Origin: Geosiphon pyriformis uo1
Taxonomy: Eukaryota > Fungi > Glomeromycota
Direction: 5' to 3'
Length of the DNA stretch: 64,000 bases
Assembly: GCA_016748015.1 (NCBI GenBank)
Contig: JAAOMT010000706.1
Location: 35,997 to 99,996 of the forward strand
The notes below the pieces were generated by a model that worked only from the letters and a program-made list of their open reading frames with translations, was not told the DNA's origin and did no database searches. Below, in pieces: positions 13,153-25,779 of this stretch. How positions within the stretch are numbered: position 1 is the first letter of the stretch; every line of letters starts with the position of its first letter. Both the position numbers and the translations under genes were made by a program.

Positions 13153-16100
13153 TTTTTTTTTTTATTATTATTATTTAACAAGCAAGGTCCAAACACTACC
13201 TAGAACTATACATCAAAGAAATGATCTAAACTAGGCATGAATCATGCACTGTCTACACGTGACCAGCTACTCGAGCCAGTCAGGACAACACTACGCAATT
13301 ATATTAATTGAAACCAGGTCACCAATACCTGAAAAAAAAAAGCAAGATTTGCGAAAGCCAAAACGGATGCCAAAAGCTTCAGCAATACCAAGCAGTTTAA
13401 TCACACCATCTGAGAATCTTGAAGTCAAACCAGAAATTGAGACGGAAACCAAGCCATCCACCAAGATCAAGCCATTTCTTTCTATGTAAGCATGATGCTT
13501 AGCATGGACCAACCAAATGTTATCCCTGAAAGCGACACAAATAGAGCGTACAAAATCAGCAATTTTAATGTCAGCAACTTTGGGAACATGGAAGACAGAA
13601 ACAGCCTCCTGAAGCCATCCCTTGAAAACAAAACCCTTGCAAAGAGTTGAGAACACTAGGAAATCCGAGGCACAGGCTAACAGCAGCTGTAAAACGCATG
13701 AAGCAGAAAGGAAGAGACCAGAAAGCACCTTCCAAGAAGACATACAGGATTCCAAAATCCGATGACAAGCCACATCATCAATAACACAAGAAAACACATG
13801 ATCAGACACCTCCATCTCATCACAATACAGACACAAAACACTAGGGTAACATTTATCATAAATGCGTTTTCGAACAGCCATGGAAAGCCAATGGTGCAAG
13901 GCTTTCATGAAGTAAGTACAAATATCAGCAGTGCACCTGCTGGTAAAACCAGTTGCCATATGCAAATCAGGGTGCCAAACTTTGGAAGAGACAAGCCAAT
14001 CGACATCTGAGTGCAAATCACTAGCTAAGAATCTAGAACTGGAACTGACCTCCTAGTGCACCTGACAGACAGCATGAAAAACATCATAGACAAAGTGTCT
14101 AGAATTGCTAGAAACAATACCGCCATCCACCAACAAAAACTGTTCAACCACACGAGGAGGAAGAAACCAATCAGAGAGAGCTGCAGCGTCAGCAATGCTA
14201 TTGGCACAATTATTTTTCAACACACCAAAGTGGCTCTTAACCTTGTGCCAGTTAACTTTCAAATTCTTTCCACGTATAATATTCCTAATATGCCGGTGCT
14301 CAATCCAACACTAATTGCAAAAGTCAGAACACACCAAGTCAACCTCCAACTTGCAAGCATCCAAAGCTGCCTGGCTATCCAAAAACAGATGAACAGAACA
14401 ATCCACAGGTATGCATTCCAGAGCCAACGCTACAGCTTGCAACTCCGCCAAAGTAGATGACATCAGACTCTGAACACAGATACCCAAACCCAAGTCAATG
14501 TCCTCAAAAAAAGCAGCAGCTCCAGCCCTACAACCAGTCGTGCCCAAATTTTTTACTGACTTATTTGTATACACAGACAAACTATCAGCACCAACCCGAG
14601 AAAGACGATCATATACAGACACAAAACCATCAGAACCACAAATGTCTGTAGGGCCAACACCACTCAAGGCCAATGGAGAGGAAAACACACCACTAAGAAA
14701 TGCAACAGAGTGCCCGAACCACTCAGGAACTGGGCCACAAGGATCCAGTTTCTTCCACCACTTAAAGGTGTACCAGTCGAAAATATCCCCATGATGATCC
14801 CAAAGCTAATCCACAAAGGCAATGCCATAACACCAGAGAGAAGACAAGTATTTGAAAAACAAGGATTCACCCAGAACAGCAGATATAGGCACCCCATCAT
14901 GAAACCAAAAAGAACTGGCTAAAGAGCCACCCAAAGACAAATTGCATTTAAGAAAAATGTGTACCATACCTGACAAGAAATTATTGGGAATGCTGACACG
15001 AATACGAGCCAGTGAACTCAATAGATGAATAGAGTGCCAGCACATAACTTGCAAGTCATGAGACCTGTAACTAAACAATTGACTTAGAATCCCGCAGGAG
15101 TTTGCAAAACTAATAAGTGAAGCAACCTTGCTTTTAGACTGACATTGTGAGAAAAATTTCAGACCATAAAAGGAAAGATGATAAATCATGTCACTAGGAA
15201 AATCGAAAGGAAAACCAGATTTAAGTTTCAAACCCTTGTGAATCAGAGCATCCCACTTGTCACACACACTAACAAGGACAAAGCTGAACTGCATCCTGTA
15301 GCTGACTATAAGATGGAGAACTACCAATACCAAGTACAAGAACTGCTTATCTGAAACTGCTTTTTTTAGAACCAAATTACTGAAAAAATGAATGTCCGAA
15401 TGCACTTTAACCAAACTAGGCTTAGAAAGACCATTAGTTGAGAGAAAGATACCAAAATACCAATAAGATTCACCTTTTTTGGTTACGGAAATGAGTGAAC
15501 CACTAATAAAAAAAGATGGATTGCTGATCCTGGCATTAATAGGAATGGCCACAGTTTTGTCATTATTGATTGAAATGTTATTAATTCAAAAAAATTCACT
15601 AGCAACATTGAGAATATGTTGAGTGGCAGCCTAACTGCTGCCAACCTAAATTGTGTCATCAACAAAGGTTCTAACAGTGAAAAAAGTAGAAAACCCAGCT
15701 TAAGATTCAGCACAACCACTCCTGGAGACAAAATGGGAATTGAGTTTATACCTGCACACATTCTTCTGACGCTTGACTTCACACAAAAGAGGATCATAAA
15801 ATATGCACCAAAGAAGAGAGGAAAAAACTTCACCTTGGTCCAACCCGTCATGTACACTATAACCATTAGTTAAACTGAAGTCCATCATAACCCGATTGGT
15901 CCGATTTCTATGAATATTGCCAAAAAAATAAATAAACTTGTCACACATTTTGATCCTAACCAAACACCTCTCGAGATGCTCCCATCCAACAGAGTCGTAC
16001 ACCTTTTGCATGTCCTGCAACACCAGCTAGAGCTCCTGATTCTTCTCCAAAGCATCTTCAACAACCGAACCAATAGCAAAAATAGGAGTCTGGATAGTAG

Positions 16101-19100
16101 TACCCTTCAAAACTGAAAAATTATTCTCATGAAGAATATCATGAGCACTGCATGCTAGCAATATCCTGTCAGAGAGAATCTTAGAGAGGATTTTGTGAGC
16201 CGTCTCGATCAAGGCTATAGGTCAGGTATTTATAAGAACATCTTCTCACTCATATGGTTTAGGGATCATCAAAACCTAAGCTTCCTTCCAAGGACCAGGC
16301 ACAGACTCATGAGACAGACAAGAATTCAGAAGCACCAAGAGCATATCCAGAACAGACCTATCACTATGCATCCATAGCTTATTTGAAATACCCGAAAAAC
16401 CAGCAGCCTTGCCAATAGGCAGATCAGAAACCACGCCAAACAATTCCAAAAACTCAATTGGCTGTATTACACCAGAAAAAGCCTCATCAAAAACGTAATT
16501 CAATGGCTGATACTAATAGTGCCATACATCAGGGATATAAAAAACCACCCTACGCCTTCTAGTCCACCCTTTCATAATATTATCTACCTTCAATCTTACA
16601 GGACCAGGTTCCAAAATCAGCTCATCATTCACAACTAAGTGGTCCAAAACGACCTTATGGAAAGAGCACTCCAAGACGCTCTGAATAGTGTGACCCTTGT
16701 TCAGCTCAAAACTTTCCATCCTTTTTTTGATCACTGACTTGATTTGAGATTTTTCTATATGCCTCAATTCTGCCATTTTAAGTAAGCGATAAGTTTTTCT
16801 GATCTTGGAGAGAGCTGATTGAACAGTATCAAGAGGAGAACCGGAGAGAAAGAGAGATCTGACCACAAAGGCGTTATCATCATTAAGAGAACCCCAGACA
16901 TCCAACAGTGAAATGAATTCATCACAACAAATCAACTGAGAAGCTTTAACCAGCTTCGATATCAAAAGTTTTAATTTATGAAATTTGGATGATTCTTTAG
17001 TGAAAACACCATCATAGTCCTTAAACCATTTCTTCTTAAACACCTTATCAGCTAAAAGAACCATTATCTTGTGAACAACATTCCACATCACATCCAAATC
17101 TGAAAATCACTGGGAGGCAATAAAATCATCAGAGAACATGGCAGCATTAGCTGCTATAGCACCCTTGAACCTGTTCTATTTCACATCATCAGCACCCTTA
17201 AAATTAAACTTCCAATGATCTCTATTCACCTGTTTGCAAAGAGAGTTCAACTGCATATCCAGCAAACCACCCAAACCCAAAGACACAGAAACAGCCTGAT
17301 AATCCATTTCAAAATATTCACCAACATCTGAAACACCATGGTGCACTATTGCATTAACCAAATTTGAAGAAACCAAAACATAGTCAATTGTTTTTCTAAT
17401 ACCTTTAGAGTTTGCCCAAGTAGGCATTTTCACAGCTGGGCTTCTGACCAAAGAATTAGCCAGACCCAAATCAAGGCACTTCCTAAAACTTGCACACTTA
17501 CAAGAATCATCTTCATTGAAATCACCACCAAGAACAGTAAAAGAAGATTCATTGACAGCTTTCACAATGAGAGAGTTGATTTTACCAGCCTGAAAAAACT
17601 GAACTGCCAAAAAGACACCAGCATAAAGCCCCAGAATTGATACAGAAAGTTTACCCTTGAAAAGTAATTTAATGGACAGGAGCCAACCAGGCACCTCAGA
17701 AACCTTGTACACATGACAAGCCAAAGAAATGTCCAAGACAACAGCAATACCCGCACCTAAGTGACCAGAGTTCAAACCAGAAGTGAACACTCAAACATCA
17801 TTGAACTTATCTGCAATCCACAGACGAACCTTGCTCCTCAATTTCATTTCAATAACAATAAAGACCATATTGTTCATTTCTTTATGCCACCTAATAATGT
17901 CTTTCTACTTAGTGAGATTGTTCATGCCCCTGACATTGCATGTAGCAACTTTCCAGACCAAACTGCTCATTGAGTGAGGGGTAGAGATACCGAATGCACA
18001 CCAATACTATCTACTTTGGCCAAAAGGCCCAGAACCGTTTCCATTAGACACTTCATACTGTCTTCCAGCTTAGACATTGAAGACATATTGAAAGACACCA
18101 CTCCTGCGACATTCCCACCACTAGTAGATGCACCCGAACCCTCACTCATCACTACATCCGCTCCTTGATTCTGTGATGAAGGGGTCACTAATGGCTGACA
18201 TCCAGGGCTAGGCTGGAGAACCATTGGCCCAAGTGCATCCAACCTCTTAGCCAGCTTACCAATTTGCTCGTGAGGCTGGCAAAACTGTGCTCAAGAGCGG
18301 CAAACCTATTGTTGACTTCTATCATAACCAGTAGGGGTAGCTTCATTTCCGAAGAGGAGCCATTATTCACCAAAACATTCTGATTAGAGAGGGAGAGTGA
18401 AGAAGACCCGTGAGCAACCTTTGCCCAAGAGAGACCACCAAAAAAGACCAGACAGGCAACTGGAGCTAAGCATTTGGCATAGATGGTTGCCAGCCTGCTT
18501 TTATCTGTATCTGAAAAAACCCTACGCAGCAAACTACCAGAAGAAAATTTCCCACCAACCACACAACTCAATGACATGTGACCCAATTTCTTATACTTGG
18601 CGCATTTAGTAGAAATAAGATGAGACCAGTAGAGATTGGTGTTCTTAAGTACTGGCATAGTTCTCACAGCAGCATCTAATGATTCAGCAGAGTCGAAGCA
18701 AACAACAGCGCATCTGGCTTGAGCATATGTAACAGGATGACAATTAATGATGTATGTTTTTCCACTCACAAATTTAACAAAGTCCCAGATATTATGAGCA
18801 TTGGTCCCCATTGGCAATGTGTAGAGCAGTGCCCTATGTCAATTTCTTGTGTCCCATGTCTTTTTGTCTGAATTAGCCCTAGTCACGCATACAGCATCTT
18901 TCCCGATCAGAATAAACTACTCAACAGCAACCAAATCAGTCTGATCCGATTGCTCAAAATCTACCACTGTCTTCTGCCACAGCCCAATTAATTGCATTTT
19001 GATTGCCTTAACAACTCCAAACTCAGATAGCGCAGTGCGCACAGCCTTAGCTGATGTTCCAATCAGAATTTCTTTTACGACCACAGCCCGATCTGACCAT

Positions 19101-19902
19101 CCAGAAGATTTTTTGAGATCAGTGTTTACTAGGATCTTCACACTTATAGTCTTATCAGTAGCTTTCATTAGACTCAATTTGGAAGTGAACATCGCTCTGA
19201 TGATCCCTAAGAATTTTGAGGAGGTGGATGCCCCCCCAAAACCATTGATTCTAGAAAATAATTTCCTTACTACCACAAGTTTTTCTTGAGAAGATTTGCC
19301 GGCAACTTTATCCAAGCCAATATCCAATGCGAATGACTTTCTTACTAGAACATTAACCAAGTTTTTCATAGGAGGGAGGAGCTCAAGAGAAGCATCTAAA
19401 AAAACATCATTATCATCACTACTTTTTGAGAAATCAATCTTTTCCAATGGCTTGCCCAATGCCTTTTTGGTTTTAACTTTTGAACTCATGGGTGTCTGAT
19501 CATAATCCTCACCAGCCAAAGCACTATCTTCACCATAATCAAAACTGGTCTTCTCTACCAAATACTCTTCTTCCATATCAACACTCTCAGACTCATTAGT
19601 GTTCCCAGTCTCTGAACCCCATGAACAAATACTAGGAACTTCAGTAGCAACTCCTTTATCATCGACACCCTCTGTCAATGCACCTTCTTTCCTCTTTTTC
19701 CTTGATGCAACTGCCTTAAAATCACTCTCAGAACCAGAAACTTTAATAGTCTTTTTCATAATAGCAATAACAAAGCCAACAGTAGCTTCATAATTAAAGA
19801 ACAGTTTTGATTTATCATACTGAATAGTAAAAAAACTTTTTTTGAAAAAACTTTTAACTTTTTATTGGGAATTTTGGACAAAAAAGAAAAAGAAGTTTTT
19901 TT
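13153..19902 (-). mobile_element. Full-length but inactivated non-LTR retrotransposon (LINE; ORF1 + APE-RT-RNase H-zinc finger ORF2)
   Basis: ORF1 fragments (17967-19759) have RRM-like segments and a degenerate zinc knuckle CAKYKKLGHMSLSC. APE: LGGDFN, TIDYVLVS. RT: QDMQKVYDSVGW, GLDQGEVFS, FVDD (~15659-15670), YFGIFLS. RNase H: VYTNKS, TLAELQA, LDSQA, WHKVKSH. C-terminal CLYC..E..DHVFSC. 3' (TAA)n/poly(A) tail at 13153-13176. Many in-frame stops. Confidence 0.95.
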
Positions 19903-21040
19903 TTTTTTGTAATTATTTGGTTTTTTTATTTAAATAATAATATTTTTTTCTTTAAAATTAAGCTTTTGTAAAATTATAATTGAAGATTGGTTATTTTTTT
20001 TAATGTTTTTAATTATTAAAATATTTATTATTAAGTTTAATAGGTCTAAAAAACAATATTAAAAAGATATTATAGCTAATAAATTATTTTATAATATAAA
20101 ATTAAGTTTTTTTTTTATAAATTATTTAACTTATTATAAAAATTTTTGGTTTAATAATTAATTTGTTTTGTTTAAATACAGTATTTTAATATTTAATTGT
20201 TTATTAATTTATAAAATAAATAAATATTAAAAAAAAAATTTTTATAAATGTAATTTTTAGCTTTAATTAAATTTTTAAAATAACTATAATAATAATATTA
20301 CTTTTTTTTAAATAATTTGTTTGATAATTATATTTATAACTTAATTTATTTTTATAAACTAATAAGTTTTTTTAAAAAAAATAACTCAGAAATTTTTTAT
20401 AATTAGTTTGTTAAATAAATATATATTTATATTTTTATAAGTAATATTGTTTTTTATTTATATATTAATTCAAATAATATAAATTAAAAATATTATATAT
20501 TAATATATATTTGGTTTATGATAATATTTTTTAATATATATTATTTAATAAAATATATTAAATTATATAATTTATATGTTTTTTATATAGAATTAGATAT
20601 AAATAAATAAATTTTAAGCATTTTTAGATATTATAATATTATTAATCATAATAATTTTTTTTAATACTAATTAATAATATAAAAAATAATATATAATATA
20701 ACAAAAAAATAAATTGACTTTATTATTGTTTATATTACTTAAATAATTTTTAATTTTAACTTATTTAACATTTAAATTTTTGTTATATATAATATTAAAA
20801 ATGTGTTTTCTCTTAATTTAACATTAATTATAAAAATTTAAAAAAAAATATATTAAGTTTAGTTTTATAAATAGCTAAAACTGCTTAATTATTTAATAAA
20901 TAATAATTATATTATAAATTAAAATTTATTTTAAAGATAAAACAATAACATATAATTTAATTAATATTAAAAATATTAAATTATAAATTTTTATATTTAT
21001 ATTTATATTTAAATTAAAAAAATACACAAAAATATTATCA

Positions 21041-24000
21041 TTTTTTATTATTATTATATTTAATGAATAAAGTTTAAATACTATTTAGTATAATACATCA
21101 AACTAAGTAATTTAAACTAAATATAAATTATGTATTTAACTATATATAACCAGTTATTTAAGCCAATTAAGACAATATTATATATTTATATATATAAAAA
21201 TTATATTCTTAATATCTGAAAAAAATGAACAAAATTTGTATATTAAAACCAATCTTAAAAATTTTAGCAATTCTAAACAGCTTAATTATATTGTCAGATA
21301 GCAAAAATAACAAGCTAATAACAACTCTAAAAATAATTTTATTTTATAAAATCAGACTATTTTTTTCCATAAAAGCTTGATATTTAAAACAAACAAGCCA
21401 AATATTATTTTTATAATTCAGTCCAAAACTATATATAAAGTTTACAATCTTACAACTAGCTATTTTAGCATCTTTAAAAACCGAAAAAAATTCTTAAAAC
21501 CAGTTTTTAAAAACAAATCTCTTATAAAAAGTTAAATACACAACAATATTAAAAAAAACACAAAAAAAACAATTATAAAACAAATAAAAAAAACTTAAAC
21601 AGATCAGAAAATATTTTTTAAATAGTCATATAAATATCTAATAGCTTTTGTAAGTCTCACTATCTAATTTATAAGAAAAAATGTAATTTAAAAACTTAAT
21701 ATTTCTATAAAACAAACATAAAACACTATAATAGTATTTATTATATAAATACTTATAAATAATTATAAACAGTTTGTAATATAAAGTAAATATAAAATAA
21801 AAACATGTTTTAACTGTAATTTTGCTTATAAATTCAGCCAATATATAGAAATCAGAATATCATATTAGTAATAATTTGATCCAGTTTATGTTCTCAAATA
21901 AGCTGTCTTTTAAAACACAAGTTTTAAATTTAATCTCTCAATAAATATAATAGATTGTTTAAAAAATTTTATAAATAAAACACTTTATATTTTCTAAAAC
22001 AATTTTATAACTAGTTTTAATAAAATATTTATATAAACAAACTAAAAATATTACATCTAAAAATAAAATATTATTAACCAAACTATTAGCTTTTTTATTA
22101 TTTAGAACACTTATATAGCTCTTAATTTTGTGCCAATTGATACTTAAATTTTTTTTAATAATATTTACAATGTGTTAATACTTGATTTAACATTAATTAT
22201 AAAAATCTGATGATACCAAAACTAACTCCAAATAATATGTATTTAAAGTTATTAGTTATTAAAAATAGCTCAATTATACAAGAAAAAAAAATACACTTCA
22301 AAACAAATACAATAGCCTACAATTTAACAATAATAAAAAAATTAATTTAAATACTATAATACTTAAATTAAAATTTACATTCTTAAAAAAAGCTATAACA
22401 CTAATCTTTATTTTAGTAATATTTAAATTATTTATAAAATTATCAATATAAACAGAAAAGCAGATCATATTAGTGCCCAACAACTAATTATAAATCAAAT
22501 TAAATTTATACAAACCAAAAATATATAAAAACTAAAAGTCATTAGTCAAAAATAAAATAATAGAGCAAAAAAACCAATTTATTTAAAAATTTAATAACAA
22601 ATTTGAACAAAGCCATAAAAATTTAGTCTTTCTAATATTTAAAAGTTTTTTAATTAAAAATATTACTTTTTTTATCATATAACTGTTTAATATAGGTAAT
22701 ATTAAACTATTTAAGTAAGTAGAATATTTCAAAGAAAACAAATTTATTCAAAACAATTAACATTAAAGTATTATTTCAAAAACAAAATACTAAACATAAA
22801 AAATTAACTAAAGACAAATCATAATTATGAAAGATACAAATTATACTAACCAGAAAATTGTTTATTAGACTAACTTTAAAACAAATCAAAAAGCACAAAA
22901 AATAATAGAAAAACCAGTTTAAAACTTGTAAATCAAAAAATTTATGATTAAACAAACGGCTCAAAATGTTACATGTATTAAAAAAACTTAGCATAAAAGC
23001 CAACTTGTTTTTAATATATATCTGTTTGAAAGTTTTTAAGTCATACAAAAAAGAATAATAAATTGTATTATTTGAAAAGTCTAAAAATAAACAAGATTTA
23101 GATTTTAAGTTCTTATAAATCATAGTATTCTATTTATTACACACACTATTAGAAACAAAACTAAATTGAATTCTATAACTGATAATAAAATATAGTATTG
23201 TCAAAACTAAATAAAGAAATTGTTTGTTAAAAATAGTTTTTTTTTAAATTTTGCCAGCAAAAAATTTAATATTTGAATAAGTTTTTACCAAATTAAGCTT
23301 TAATAAACCTTTTATTAAAAAAAATACCTAAATATTTGTAAGGTTTCTTTTTCTTAACTATTGAAATAAGCAAACTACTGATTAACAAAAAAAATTTGCA
23401 ACTTTATAGTTAATTAAAATGACCACTATTTTATTATTATTAATTAAGATATTATTAACCCAAAAAAACTTACTTATAATGTTCAAAATATATTGAATTA
23501 TAATTTAACTGTTGTTTACTTAAATAGTATTATTGACAAATATATTAATAACAAAAAAAGATGTTATATTAACTTGATTTTTTATATGTCTTATCTTAAT
23601 TATAAACTTAAAATTGATCTTGTATTTATATACACTTTTTTGCTTTTTGACTTCACACAGCAGAAAATCATAAAAAATATGCCAAAAAAGAGAAAAAAAC
23701 ACTTTATTCTAATCCAATCTATTATGTATTAATATTTATTTATTAAGCTAAAGTTTGTGATTTTTTTCCAAAATGTTTTTTATAACAAACTAATAGTAAA
23801 AATCAAAAATTGTGTAGTTATTTTTTTTAAAACTGAGAAATTATTCTCATAAAAAACATTATGTTTACTACAAACCAAAAAACTTTTGTTCAAAAAAGTT
23901 TATAAGCAGTCTCAATTAGTACAATAGATTTTGTGTTGGTTAAAACTTTTTTTTACTCATATAGCTTAAGAATTATTAACATTTAAGCTTCCTTTTAAAA

Positions 24001-25010
24001 CTAAAAAACCGATTTACTTATTAAGCAACTGTTAAAAAAATTCAGCAAAAAGCCCAAAACTAAAAGATTACAATGTTTTTAAAGTTTATTAGATATTCCA
24101 AACAAACCAAAAGCTTTCTCATTTAAAAACTCTATTATAATACTTAATATTTTATCAAAGCCAATCTTATTTATAATACCAAAAAAAACATCATTAGTTA
24201 AATAAGTTAAGAGCAAGTACTATTAATGTTAATTATCTAAAATATTCTTTAATATTCACACTTCTTTGTTTATCTTTTTATAATTAAATCTATTTAAAAC
24301 TTAACTTTTTCAGACTTCAGCACCAAATTCTTACCATTCACCAAATAATTCAAAATCATCTTGCAAAAAAAACACTCCAAAATACTCTTGATAGTGTAGT
24401 CTTTGTTAACTTTAAAACTTTTTATTCTCTTATTAATAACAGTATAAATTTTTACAACTTTAGCTCACTAAAATTCAGCAAGCTTTAACACATGATATAT
24501 TTTCTCAATATTAACTAACTTAAATCTGACTGTATTAAGATTGACACCCAATGCCAAAAGATCTCGAACATAACATATATATAGATTATCAAATAACAAC
24601 CAACAAAAAATTAAATCATTTAACTCACAATTAAAGCCCAAATATAAAGTTTGAACAATTTTAGATACTAAAACTTTCAATTTGTGAAAGTGCAATAAAA
24701 TTTTAGTGAAAACACTATTAAAATTCTTGCTTCAAGATTTGGAAAAACTTTATTGGCCAAAAATTAACAATTTTTTTAATAATATTTTACATAGAATCTA
24801 AATCAAAAAGCTCTTTTGAGAGACCAATATATTTACCAAACACAATAATATTTGTCAGTATAGCATCCTTAAATTGAGTTTATATGGCTACATTAGCTCT
24901 CTTAAAGTTGTATTTCTATTAATTTTTGTTAACTTGTTTATAAAAAACACTCAAATACACATCTAAAATACCAAAAAAATTAAAACTAAGACAAAAAATT
25001 GTAATGTCTA
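21041..25010 (-). mobile_element. Second copy of the same LINE family, 5'-truncated and extremely C>T/G>A eroded
   Basis: Colinear with the first copy from the 3' tail (21041-21180 aligns to ~13160-13293), through the zinc finger (ORF 21638..21841) and RT (FWHIFYDFLLCEVKKQ vs LWCIFYDPLLCEVKRQ), to the end of the APE domain. Confidence 0.9.
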
Positions 25011-25779
25011 AATAATTTTAATAAAAAATCTAACAAAATACATTTAGTTATTTATTTTTAAATTTGAATTACATTAATACAACAAAAATTTATAGAAAAT
25101 TTTTGAATAAATTCAAATAGTTTAAAAGATTTAATTATTAAGTTTTAAGTTAACTTATTAAAAATTTTGAATAGTATTTAATAATAAATATAAATAATTT
25201 TAAATTAAATTAATAGATTAGAATGTAATAAAATTAAATATATATTAAGAATGTTAAATCTAATTTCTGAAATAAAATACGTAATTTGCATTTGTAAAAA
25301 ATAAATTAAGAATAATTATTTATTTTATATATAATTTTTAAAATATTTAGGTATAAAATCTGATAAACAAAAACAAAGTATTTTTTTGATTGTTTAAAAA
25401 CTCCTTAAAAATTATAATATTTTTATTTTATAATTAACAAATTTACTTTAGTGCCTAATAAATATGTACATGATTTTGGTTACAGCCAAAATAGCTTTTT
25501 ATATATCATTTTTCTAAGCTATGAGCAATAAAAAGAAAATTACTAAAGACAAAGTTAGTACTTCTTTGGCAGTCAATGCTGATTCGACTATAGAAAAAAA
25601 AGAAAAATAGATGAGAATCAAGATTCTATAATCCCTGAAATTAGTATATCTAATATATTTAACTTAAGTATATATCTTTTGAATTTAAAACTAACTCAAG
25701 GTAAAGTAGACTTGGTATAAGTATTATTTTTTGGAGAATTATTTATTGTCATCTACAAAAAAAATAGAGTTCAAAAACT

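Noticed and set aside
13291-19759. Possible stop-codon reassignment explaining the many in-frame stops
   Set aside because: All three stop types occur and derive from Trp/Gln/Arg codons by transitions, frameshifts also occur, and intact genes use TAA and TGA as normal stops.
13244-19793. Numerous plus-strand and alternate-frame ORFs over the LINE
   Set aside because: Shadow ORFs of GC-richer LINE coding sequence, with no independent motifs.
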